A stretch of 63,659 nucleotides of DNA, the filler included, from Collodictyon triciliatum (Eukaryota): NCBI GenBank assembly GCA_043381765.1. It is 7 parts of 7 records of this genome, joined end to end, with 100 filler letters (N's around TTAATTAATTAA, not from the genome) between each part and the next. Parts side by side here need not be neighbours in the genome. Positions count along the whole stretch, not along the records: positions 1 to 9,804 come from JBHJMP010002890.1; positions 9,905 to 19,706 come from JBHJMP010002891.1; 5 more parts are not named here. The stretch is one strand, 5' to 3'. Under the pieces are notes generated by a model. The model saw only the letters and a list, made by a program, of their open reading frames with translations, was not told the origin of the DNA and made no database searches. The position numbers and the translations under genes were made by a program. Of this stretch, positions 1 to 10,854 are shown one piece after another; the stretch's first letter is position 1; every line of letters begins with the position of its first letter.

Positions 1-205
1 AAGATTTTGAGATATCAATAAGCCACTGCACACTGCAAGCGTAATCGCGGTCTTCAAGAGCTAACAATCATAATGCGGCCCATGCACTGTTTTTATAAAA
101 AAAAATCACAATATTTACGCATTAATGATGGTGTTGCTGATACACACAAATCATAGCAAAGATAATAATAGTGATAATGATTATAATAGATGAACTGGTT
201 ACATA

Positions 206-590
206 TTTTCTTTTCCTTTATTCGACTCAAAGTGCAGCGAGGTTATGCCATACAAAGGGGCGGGATGGGAGCGCATGGCAGAGAGCAAACGCATGTAGGG
301 GAAGACACTACTGTGGAGAGGGTAGCATTCGAAAGAAATCAGTGATAGCGAGTTGGTCAGGTGGGCATCCCAACTGGTTGATTGGTTGCGTGGGTAGCAG
401 GGGTTGGATATGCTGTGGGAGATATCTTTCGACACATTCCATATCTCTCTTCGCTTGCGGTCAGAGCAGCGAAGAATGCGAGCGTGTTTCAGCAGGCTAT
501 TCAGGAAGCTTATTGCACGAGGCTTTCAAGCCTGGATACATTGATTTCTCGTTCGGGTGAATCATTGAAGCGAGAGAATGCACGCACCTA
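206..590 (-). mobile_element. 3'-end fragment of a non-LTR (L1/Tx1-like) retrotransposon
   Basis: Aligns by eye over ~380 bp with 22723-23105, the C-terminal part of the RT-bearing element on another scaffold. Shared blocks include gaaagaaatcagtgatagcgagttggtcaggtggg and cctggatacattgatttctcgttcg. Confidence 0.75.
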
Positions 591-879
591 TATGATATCA
601 TTATTAGTGTGACTATCTTAGCCGTAAGTATAAAATATCATAAAAATATGAATGGATAGATATATAAAATAGGGAACAACAAAAGTCTAAAACACAGACA
701 TAAGAAAAAAATAATACCTATTTATCCCCTTATTCTTCAATCGCATATTTTATCAAATCTAAACTTATTTTTATTCTTTGAAACAGATGTTGTTGCATAC
801 CACCTTCATCACACATCAGAGTACTTCGATGAACAGTATTTTTTCGTGTTTTTTTTTCAGAGCTAATATTTTGGAGCTG

Positions 880-2200
880 ATAGGGTTCTTAATACTCAAC
901 CGTCTAGCTGATCAACAACCATGGTGGGAGCGAGAGTTTCTTCAGTATTGATTTGCACAACCTTTGATGACAGACCACGGGATTGATTTATGGGCATGTA
1001 ATAAGCATTATGGGGGAAAATGATGCCCTTCTTAATGGAACTGGGATATTTGGGATATCAGAAATATCCTTATGATAAGTACACTTTCACCTTTTGCGCA
1101 TCCTATCAGGATTTCTTGCCTTCATAAATCAGCACTTTCACACTTTATATCACCAATAGGATTTCGTTACAAAGCCCCAGGGGCTCCAAAGTGCACAGCA
1201 AGAATACTGGAAACCCTCCTTTTCATTGCATTTAATGGGATAGAAATTTAGGAGGGTTCAAAATATCCAAAATTGCTACGGAAAATATCATAGAATGTCA
1301 AAGGTCACTATCAGAACCAAATGATTTATCAATAGCCAAATTGCATGGTATTTCATCTCGTATCATTATATTGATGTAGAGAACCACCTGAATCCCCAAG
1401 TCAAGTATGATTTCTTCAGCCATCCAAACGTTATCAGTACTTTTATTTTATCTAATATTATAATCCTGTATTCATAGGAGTATCCATTGAGAAAAAAGTG
1501 CAAACCCCTTAATGAGAAGGTAATAAACTTACTTGTATGCTCCATTATCTTCACATCCTCAGTCCCAGCAAGTTGTTATGCAACATCTCTACTTGAGAAA
1601 ACTAGCAAAAAAAATATCATTATTTTTGTATTTTCATTCAGGGGTTTATGAAATTATCCAAAATATGAATTATTTAGATATAGATCCAATCCATTAGGTG
1701 TAATATCATCCAGTAAAACGGTAAGAGTGTGAATAAAGTCGCCAAAAAATAGAACCTTTACCTTCTAATTATGACCAATACCGTAGGACTGTAAAAGAAA
1801 TGAATCTAAAAAGCCCATCCTTGCCTTGAATCGAATAAAGAAAAAAACTTCCAATTACGAAACCGTTTTCTCCTATGTCCTTAATAGTTATTGCTGACTT
1901 CTTCAATGACCTTTCTGTAGGATGTGGTACACTCATCCCATATTATAATCTTGCATACTTCGAGCAAGTGCTCTTTATCAGGATTCTATTGATTGTACTC
2001 GTCGTTGAAAAAATAAGGTAGAATCTTAATTACAGCGTCCGTTTTCTGCCGACTTTCAGGACATTTATAGCTATACTTGCTGATACCACTAGAATGACAG
2101 TTTGTTTATCTGCTTTAACTCCTATAGTGATTAAATTCATAAACAATTCTTTTCAGGGCCACGAAAGGCACTCATGAATCAATAAATGGATTGCCTTTTC
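880..2200 (-). pseudogene. Decayed Helitron-type Pif1 (SF1) helicase
   Basis: Manual minus-strand translation gives motifs in the Helitron helicase order, broken by stops and frameshifts. VILVVSASIAINVLKVGRK ~ AVASSGIAATLLPGGRT; CKIIIWDECT (~1930-1954, Walker B); VLFFGDFIHTLTV ~ GGDFRQILPV; ILNPPKFLSH..GFPVFLLCTLEPLGLCNE ~ LNPSGLPPH..APVMLLRNL..LCNG; ILIGCAKGESVLI; NQSRGLSSKVV ~ NKSQGQSL. Confidence 0.75.
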
Positions 2201-2599
2201 GTTTACGATATAATCTAAAATTTGCTATATGTGCGACTTTGTCCTTCACTGGAAAGGGATTCATGCTCTTCAACGTGGTCCGACATATTTTTTTAGTTGT
2301 AGCAATATATTCAATCGTTGATTTTTCTTTTCAGTCTGTGGATGATATGTAGTTTTGGTCTCGGTTCGCTGTACTTCATTCACATGGAGACTTCTTGAAT
2401 CTCGGTGGATAAGTAGCTGGCGGTAATCAGGAAATGCATCTTTGGTTTGTCTTGTAACCTGGGTTTTGTGCTTGCACGAGATGCAAGACGAGGTTTAATA
2501 TTCTCTCTCAGTCTTTATCCATAAGTCTCTCGATTTGTACTAATTTACACGAATCAGTGAACACGAACCAGAAAGCGTGAAAGAAAATCCCGTTTATCC

Positions 2600-4950
2600 G
2601 TGGGTGGTTGTATATATTTAGTTGCATATCTACCTCATTATACTCGAAATTGAAGTACGAATAGGACGAAGAGTGTCCAAAAATTTCGAGGGGGCAGAGC
2701 GACTATATCGATATATAATTTATGAAAGGTAGGAGACTGGAACGTAGAGGTGCAGATTCTATTGGATTCGAGGTCTTCAACCAATTCTATTTCAAGAGAA
2801 CGAGTGTGTAATATGAGATTATCTGCGACAAAATTGAAGGATTTTACAAGATAAAAATGCCCGATAGAAGAGCGCTAAACTACAATTAATTTGTTAGGCG
2901 TATCAAAATTAGAACCACACATTTTGTCACAGAGATGAGCCACTCAATAATCACACCCAATGGATATGGAGTCGCTTTCGTTGTTTCTTATTCAGTGGTC
3001 AGTTCGTGAATAAGCTTAAAAAACCTTGTCTACATCAATGGAGAAAACCAAAAGATAAAGAAAAAGATAAAGAAAAAGAAAAAGAGAACTGGCATATAGA
3101 AATAAACGACAACATCTACGAAAAACATCAATCGTTCGTAAAAGATATGGACTCTTAAGAAGACCAGGGTATATTCCCACACCTTAACCCAATTCACGCA
3201 CTTCCACAACATAAGACACCTCAAGACTCTAGAAAATTCAAAAAACAAGACTGCGGCAGTGCCAGAGGAAATAAAAAAGAGCAGAAGGAGAACGTTTGTA
3301 TGTACTTTCCCAGCGCAGACCATTGTGTGTTAAACAACTGGGCAAGGATATATCAAAACTTGTCACCTGATACAAAAGGACAACACACAATCCAGCCAGT
3401 ATGAATGCCTGCAAAACCTGCAATAATCGAATGATATTGAAAGAATAAGAGAAGAATTTGGAACGGCTTGGGTGATGAAAAAGTCTTTCGAGGAAACACA
3501 AGTTCATAAGCGGCAACAAAAGGAGGGGCATCAACCGCAGGCACCTTCACCGGCAAAATTCCTAAAGCACAATATCAAGAGACTATGATAAGAACCTTCG
3601 CTTTGAGGATATTTGGGTATCATTCAGAAAAATAGACCATTCCAGGAGAGAACAGAAAAAAAGAGGATTCTTTCTCAGAAATGAACACATTTATATGACC
3701 TACAATGAGAGATTTTGGATTCAAAGACGAATAAGATGAGTACCGTTATAGTATGACGACCAGGACACCTATAAGAATGAAAACCCTGGACTAACCAAAC
3801 ATATGAGATGATAAACTAAAAAAATTTTGAACAAGCGTGAAAGTTACATAAATAAAATACAGTTTATTGTTAATTCTGCCAAAAGAAAAGGATATAATAT
3901 CACAAACCACGCGAAGCAGAGTAACTAACAAAAGATTCAGACTCACTGTGGAACGATATCGAGATTCATTTCACTACCCATATACCGAAATCGATGTAAG
4001 TTAATGAATGTGCAGTGTTATTTTCGAAGCATTTAACGAAGGCGCATAGTCCAGAGCATACAAACCAACAACAACAGTCGTGGATATTCCAGATTTTTTC
4101 ATAGGCAGGTATTCAACTTCCACAGACCACTGAAACAGATTACGTCCAACAGAGACAGCCGAGTCGCTAGTAGATTTTGGACATTTAAAATGGAATTCAT
4201 GAAGAGGAATGCGGATGCCTATCATAAAACACCAAGAAATCAGCGAATTGGACAAAATTGAAAGGAAGAATAAAAAAACCAAGAATCCAGCGAATAGCCA
4301 CAACGAATAATCGAGACGATACAAGATAAAATGAGAGCATATGAACAAATGTCAGGGCAACAGGGATAACATACTTAAATTTGTATAGTTTGCATATAAT
4401 AATTCAACAAACCCAGACGAGGAAAATGTCCTTTTTTTTATTACAGGCCAGGACTCAATATTTTCCTAAAATCTGATTCAAGGGACGGTTGACACGAATA
4501 ACCTGACACCAGGGATACTTGGAAAAGATAAAGACAAACTTGCATGAGGCTCAGAAATGAATTACAGAGGCAAGAGTATCAGAAAATTTATTCTGATTAG
4601 AAAAGAAAACACAAAAGGTTAAAAGGTCGGAGACATGGTGCTCCTATTTGCTGGAAACTCAAGAATGGAATCGGAAGCTAACCCCAAAAAACTTTTAGCT
4701 CATTTCGTAGAACCGCCTGGAGGGGAATAAGTAATATCTCAAGTATCTTTCATGCAAAGTTTATCACCTAAAGTAAAAATCCATCTAGCTTTGGTTATTA
4801 ATCAATTTAAAATACTACTAGTAGAACTGTAAATGAATAAGTAAATGGATTGAATAAATTAGAGGCAACATCTGAGTTCGAAGTTGAATATAAAAGGTAA
4901 GAGAATAGTCGAAGAAATACTCGAGTGCCAACTGAGACTCGCATGGGAAA
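2600..4950 (+). pseudogene. Highly decayed non-LTR retrotransposon ORF2 (APE endonuclease + RT remnants)
   Basis: Fragmentary motifs in the expected order across frameshifts: VAYLP, VGDWNVE (~GDFN), NPGL..TYEMIN (RT domain 0), LLILPKEKD, RYR/FISLP..KLM (~YRPISL), TKG*KVGD (~GVRQGD) and KY-S (~KYLG). No intact YADD seen. Confidence 0.5.
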
Positions 4951-5796
4951 TATATGAGAAGATTAGACGTTGTAATAATTATCTAACCAGGAGAACTGCA
5001 TTTATTTGATGAAGCAATTCAAAGAAGTGTGAAGGTCGCTGTTCGGAGGGAAGGAAATAACTGTGGCAAACGCATTAGCATAATAGCTCCACAAAAAGCT
5101 CGTCCATCTCTGGATGTACCGGACAGATACAATACCAAATAGAACCTCGAGAGACCCTTCGAGAAAACCTAAACCAAAGAACGACACGCCTCATCCACTT
5201 TGTAAAAGACGAGTATGGATTCGCCCCAGCACTTCAAAGGAATCATCCATACCTACCTATTACTGCCTTTTACCCTCTCTTCAAGAGAGAACATTGAAGC
5301 ACCCTATTATTTTGTAATACAGATAACATCTTCTTGCAGTGTTCGTAAGCGTAGCGGTTGAAGTGTCGTAGTTTCCTCTTTTAAATAACAAAACGAAGCA
5401 AAAGGTACAAATATATACAAAAAGAATAGCAAAAAGCAACAAAAACAAACTGTTATTTGTTTTGCCCGGATGCTTCTCAATTTTATGGGCACATCGCTAA
5501 CAAAGAGCTATGGTCTTCAGTAAGTGAGTCCGATGTTAGATTACGACCGAATGGCTATTGTATAAACAAAGTTTGTTCATCAGGGGCATTCAATCCAACA
5601 CAAACAAATGGATGAAAAATATTAAATTTTGCAACATAACCATGTTCATCTAAATTTGAAATCCATTTACAAAGTATTGAATGAAAGAAACGCGATATCT
5701 TTACAAGCCAATCTAGATAAATGATTAATAATTCTCGCATGAGGGATGGAAGATGCTGATCGAAACAAAGGGGTCTAATATGACTAGATGTAATTA

Positions 5797-6020
5797 TGGG
5801 GCAGAGGTTGTAGTCCAGCTGGCATGGGACAGCGTCTGACCTGCGCAAACTTGGTACGAACCCCACAGGGTGCGCGGTGTGTGTGATTCCGGCCCTGTAT
5901 CGCGCATTCCCTGAGCTGTCCTCCTGTGCCCTCAGTTATACCCAATCCAGGGCAGCCGGGGTGTGCTTCGCCGGACAACGGAGCACACCCCACGACATCT
6001 CGAAGAAAAACGATGTCACC
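5797..6020 (+). other. GC-rich segment with several stem-loops, function unknown
   Basis: Stems seen directly: ggcatgggacagc/gctgtcctcctgtgcc; cagggtgcgcggt/atcgcgcattccctg; GGGGTGTGCTTCG-ccggacaa-CGGAGCACACCCC (13 bp, ~5958-5991); gacatc/gatgtc. Confidence 0.4.
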
Positions 6021-6552
6021 AACAGAGTGCTTCCATGAGAGAGGACTGAGATACCATATCTACGCCGAGCTTCGACCCCACAAAAACCACACCCAACAGG
6101 ATTGTCCCCGCTCTATTCCATGCCTGCCCTCCTTGGTAAATACCCATGCCCTCATACACCCCTTCGCAAGAGCTTCCCCGACACGCGTCCTACCAACCCA
6201 TTCCCAACCAAGCTCTTCTCGAACATGCCAAATAAGCTTAAATGAAGCCGATAAATAATGATAATCATAATCTTTGCATTCATTTCTTTTTCTTTTTTTT
6301 TTTTTTTTTGGACGATGACGCTAAAATCACACCCCCATCACACAACATCCTTGCCACAAAATCAAACAATATCCACGCTTTCCGCTCGGCCGCCAACCCC
6401 ATCGCAACGTTCAAATCGCAAAAACAAAAACAAAAACAAAAAACAAAAAACAAAAAAACAATAACAAAAACAAAAACAAAGTAGCATAAAAGGAAAGGAA
6501 AGGAAAGGAAAGTCTAGGCCAAAGCGACGCAACCCAAGCGAAGAACAAAGCC

Positions 6553-9500
6553 ATGTCCGAAACCACAATCCACGCCGATCTGCTGACCCGCCTTACTTTG
6601 TCTCCGTCTGCACGAGACAAGCTCGTTGCCCGTCTTTTGAAAGAAAAGCTCGGCCTATGCGAGTCCGCACCAAGCACAACAGCCTCCCTCACACAAAAGA
6701 CCGACGAATCCTTACACGCAAGCAAACACGAGACGCAGTTTCGGCCGTTCTACTCGCTCTCGTTGGCTGTCTCTGAAAGGGAAGAAAGCCGCTTTGTTGA
6801 CCGCAGCTTCGGGCAAAGAGACTTGAGTATAGAAACACCAAACGCCATAGAATTCGATGACTCTGCGCTGTCATCATCCCAAGAAATGAGTGCGCTGCAT
6901 GAGTCACTACTGCGAGAATTCCCTCAAGATGACCCAAACAATTACGAAAGCCTTCGCTCTCCCTCCTCGAACGGCCGCTCCACTTGCTCGGTGCTTTCTT
7001 CTGGGGCTCGGTCAGCTGCGTTTCGTTCATTCTCGGGAGTTTCGGGTTCGGAAGTATCCCTGGACATCTCGTCCAGCTCGATTCCCTCCCACGTGACACC
7101 TCCAACCTCATCGGAATCGGAGTCGTCGGCCGTCTTCGGTGGAAAACTCAATGCTTCATTCGTGCCGCCAAACTCTCCTGATATCTCCTCTAATAACACA
7201 GACTTTGTCTCTGCTTGGAAACCAAAGATGACTGTAGAGCAAAGAGAAGCGATTTGGAGGGTTTGTAGTTTTATGTCAATATTACAAATATATATAGGAT
7301 ATTCTACGGTATGCTTTTTTTTTTCCTTGGAACGGTTTTGTGTTGTTTTAAATTGCTGGTTTTAATTCTGTTGGTTTTTATGATGCTTATAATAAAGAGG
7401 TGCATATTCATGTGATATTTATGTTATTAATATCGGTGTCTTCAGGAAAAAATGGATCGATACAAACAAATATTGGAGAATCGAGAAAAAAGGAGACTTG
7501 AACTGATGGAGAAAGAAGCCCAAATGTGCACGTTTAAGGTTCATCTCTCCTGTTTTTTTTCTATGGACATCATCTCGTGAATAATTATTATATTATTGGT
7601 AATAGTTTATTATGTAATTGAAGATCAAATAGAAAAAATAAAAAAAAACATGATTTTTTAATTTTTTTTCTCTAACAATATATACCATATCTTAGCCTGA
7701 AATTCATAACCTGCCTGGCTATATCAAAAGCCCAAGCAAAAGGCCTCCAAGAAGTCTTAGCGTGCCAACACCGCCGCAAGTGAAAGGACATCTAGTTCTG
7801 GAGCAACGGCAAAGAGAGCTCAGTGAATGCACATTCTCTCCTAATGTCAGGAAATCTGACAAATACCTCAAGAACCGACCAAAGACTCCGCTTCATGAGA
7901 GAGTTAGCTCACGAAAATTTTCCTACTGCATTTCCTATTGTTTTCTTCTTCTTTTATCAGCAAGCTAGTCCTTTATGCTTCAGACATGTCGGAACATATT
8001 TGTAAACTGAATCATTTAGGTGGGAGAGATTCAAAAGGAGAAAAGGCATTTGATAAATAAACTTAAAACTGAGGCCGAAAAAGGGAATCCAGAACTCACT
8101 TACAAACCAAAGTACATTTAGTTTATTTGACATAATGGGGGTGGTAGACACCTTGATGCCTCTCTCTCTTCTTTTCTTTTCTTCTTTCTTTCTTTCTTCT
8201 TTTTTTTTCTAATCCCATAGATGCCATATACAAAATTATTTGCGTGTGCTCATTTCTCATGGCCTTCATATTGAACAGAATCAGCGATGCATCAAATCAA
8301 ATAGCTCAGAGAAAAAAGACCTACTCTGAGTCTGTCTGTTCAAAGAAATCTCAAGTTTATGAAAGGCTTTCATCCCCTTCAAATATCCAAAGCAAGATTC
8401 GAAACCAAAATGAAATGGATATTATACTATCAGAGGAGGTTTTTTTTAATAATATACTCCCTAGATTTTGTTACTCAATTGGTATTGTCGTACTATATAA
8501 CCCCCGAGCCCACACCTAAAAAAAACTATTCTTAGTGCACATTCCATCCGAGAGTCAGTGACGAGTCCAGAAAAATGGCCCTGGCAAGGTCTCCCTCGAA
8601 AGATAAGACATTCTATGAAAGGCAAATGCTGTGGCAAAAGCAAAAGGTTTTCCTTGTTATTGTTTTGTGTAAAAACAAAAAAAAAACATTCATGCCAAAA
8701 TTAACAAAGCCTCGATGAATGGATTAGTGTGTGTTTGATTAATATGCAGTCGTAACCTGTTCATACTACCATTCGCACATGTTGATAATAACTACTTATC
8801 TATATAAAAAAAAGATTGAGCGCGAGATGCAATCCGCTCGTGGAATATCGCCAGAATCTATGTTTCATCCAAAAGTCAGTGACACATCACAAAGAATTGT
8901 TGCAGATAAGCGCTTCAGAGAAGGAGAATCTCAAAAAGAAACTGTTGAAAGGCTAAGCTCTGTAGATGCATGTAGAAGACAAGCAGAGAGACAGAGAATT
9001 ATTGTTTGTTTCATGAAAACTCATATTTGATTGATAAACTGTTTGATTTTATGCTGTAGCCATGAAAATAGTGGCCTTATTTGATTTGAAGAGAAAATAT
9101 TGTAAGTAACTGGTGATTCACATATTAGGAAGAAAATCTCTCTCAGTACACTTTCAAGCCAGAATTGAATGAGGTTACCAAATCAATGGGGAAATCATCA
9201 TCACTACAAGAACTTGCATCAAAAGATAGCATAGAACGTGCCCGTAGAAAAGCATACGAGGAACATGAGAAAGAATTGAAAGGTGCGGATGGTTTTCACA
9301 TATATGCAACACTGACACACAAGGATGGAAAATGATTTTCAAAAAAAAAAAATACTTTTATATAATTAAACAGCAAACAATTACTTTTTGATATATGGCT
9401 AGATTGACTTTTTGCCTTATCTATTCCCACCAGCAAAACTTACGTTCCAACCGTCGATAAGTCCTGTGGATTTCGTGTCCGAGGATAAAACTCTTATCGA

Positions 9501-9573
9501 CCATGATAAGCCTGAGAGGATGTGGGAAAAAATCGAATCATTTCTCAAAACAAGGGAAGCTGCTATTGACAAG
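6553..9573 (+). CDS. Multi-exon hypothetical protein with recurring (C/Y/L)TF(K/S/Q)P motifs; 3' end lost at scaffold break
   Basis: ATG 6553 followed by GT-AG exons encoding MCTFK|P, ECTFSP, LTYKP, MFHP, YTFKP and LTFQP, separated by charged helical segments (LHER, VYERL, FYERQ). Confidence 0.65.
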
Positions 9574-9587
9574 GTGTGTGTTTTATT

Positions 9588-9804
9588 TTGATTTGGTTTC
9601 ATTTGATTTCATTTGGTTTCATTTGGTTTCATTTGGTTTCATTTGGTTTCATTTGGTTTCATTTGATTTCATTTGATGTCATTTGATTTCATTTGGTTTC
9701 ATTTGATTTCATTTGATTTCATTTGATTTCATTTGATTTCATTTGATTTCATTTGATTTCATTTGATTTCATTTGATTTCATTTGATTTCATTTGATTTC
9801 ATTT
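9588..9804. repeat. (ATTTC-ATTTG)n microsatellite at scaffold end
   Basis: Tandem atttgatttc/atttggtttc units running into the N gap. Confidence 0.95.
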
Positions 9805-9848
9805 NNNNNNNNNNNNNNNNNNNNNNNNNNNNNNNNNNNNNNNNNNNN

Positions 9849-9860
9849 TTAATTAATTAA
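9849..9860. other. Artificial scaffold spacer TTAATTAATTAA (also 19751-19762, 29658-29669, 39551-39562, 49441-49452, 59330-59341)
   Basis: Identical all-frame-stop 12-mer inside N runs about every 9.9 kb. Confidence 0.97.
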
Positions 9861-10675
9861 NNNNNNNNNNNNNNNNNNNNNNNNNNNNNNNNNNNNNNNN
9901 NNNNTAAATATATAGTGTGTCGGCGTTAAAAAAAACAACTTTAAATCTTACATAAAGTCCTGACTCGTTTGATGAGTGAACAACAGGCAGTCCAGCTCCA
10001 GGAAATGCTATCAAAGCGTTCTGACAGGCGTGTTCGGTTCTGTTTCTTGCCTGGTGTTGCCTCATTTGTGGGTTTGTGCGTCTGTTCCCTTCGTTGTTGT
10101 GTACGCTAATCATCCTAAAATTAATCGAAACATCCATACAAACCGTTTGCATTAGTATGCTTTACATGAATGTTGATTGGTTGAACAGCGGATGCAGAAT
10201 TTCCAAATCCAGGCGTGATGGAAGTCGGGCAGGCATAATCGCGCGGGTTGGCTTGTCTGGTTTTTTTGTTTGACAAGCTGCGGGGATTATCCCACGACGC
10301 AGAAGATTCGACTGACAAGGCGCACCGATCCCGACCAGGGTTTGGATCGGCGGCTGCGACTGCGGCGGTGTCTTCGCGCTGGGTGGAAGCGAATGCGAAC
10401 AGCTTCCTTTTCTTTTGTCCTTGGTGTTTTCTTTTCATTTCTTTTTTTCCTTTTTATTTTTTCTTTTTTCTTTTTTCTTTTTCTTTTATTTTTCTTTTTC
10501 TTTTTCTTTTTTCATTTCTTTTTTTTCTTTTGTGTTTTCTTTTCTTTTTTCTTTCGTTTTTATTTTTTTCTTTTCTTTTTATTTTTATCTCTTCACTCTT
10601 TTTTCTAATCTATTTTTTTTTTGTTTATTGTTTTTTGTTTGTTTTTCTTTTTCTTTTTGTCTTTGTCTTTTTTTC

Positions 10676-10750
10676 ATGTTCTTGTTCTTGTTCTTGTTCT
10701 TGTTCTTGTTCTTGTTCTTGTTCTTGTTCTTGTTCTTGTTCTTGTTCTTG
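10676..10750. repeat. (TTCTTG)n microsatellite
   Basis: Direct tandem repeat. Confidence 0.9.
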
Positions 10751-10854
10751 TTTTTTTGGTCGTGTTCTTGATGCGAAGGCAGTTGTTATTTACCAAAGGT
10801 CTTTATCGAACAAAGAGAACCCCACAGGAAGCCACTTTGCCTACTCCTCTTGCC

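Noticed and set aside
5797-6130. SRP RNA, RNase P or HDV-like ribozyme identity for the hairpin cluster
   Set aside because: Only short resemblances (TGTAGTCCAGCT, GACTAC, TCCTCC). The SRP helix-8 motif, RNase P CR-I/P4 and HDV P1.1/J4-2 could not be built.
9588-9804. CRISPR-like or telomeric array
   Set aside because: Simple 5/10-bp tandem repeat with no spacers, and intronic. No CRISPR array or TTAGGG-type tract was seen in the window.
9968-10025. Possible C/D snoRNA (TGATGA...CTGA)
   Set aside because: No terminal stem, and the segment reads as a plausible coding exon (VLTRLMSEQQAVQLQEML).
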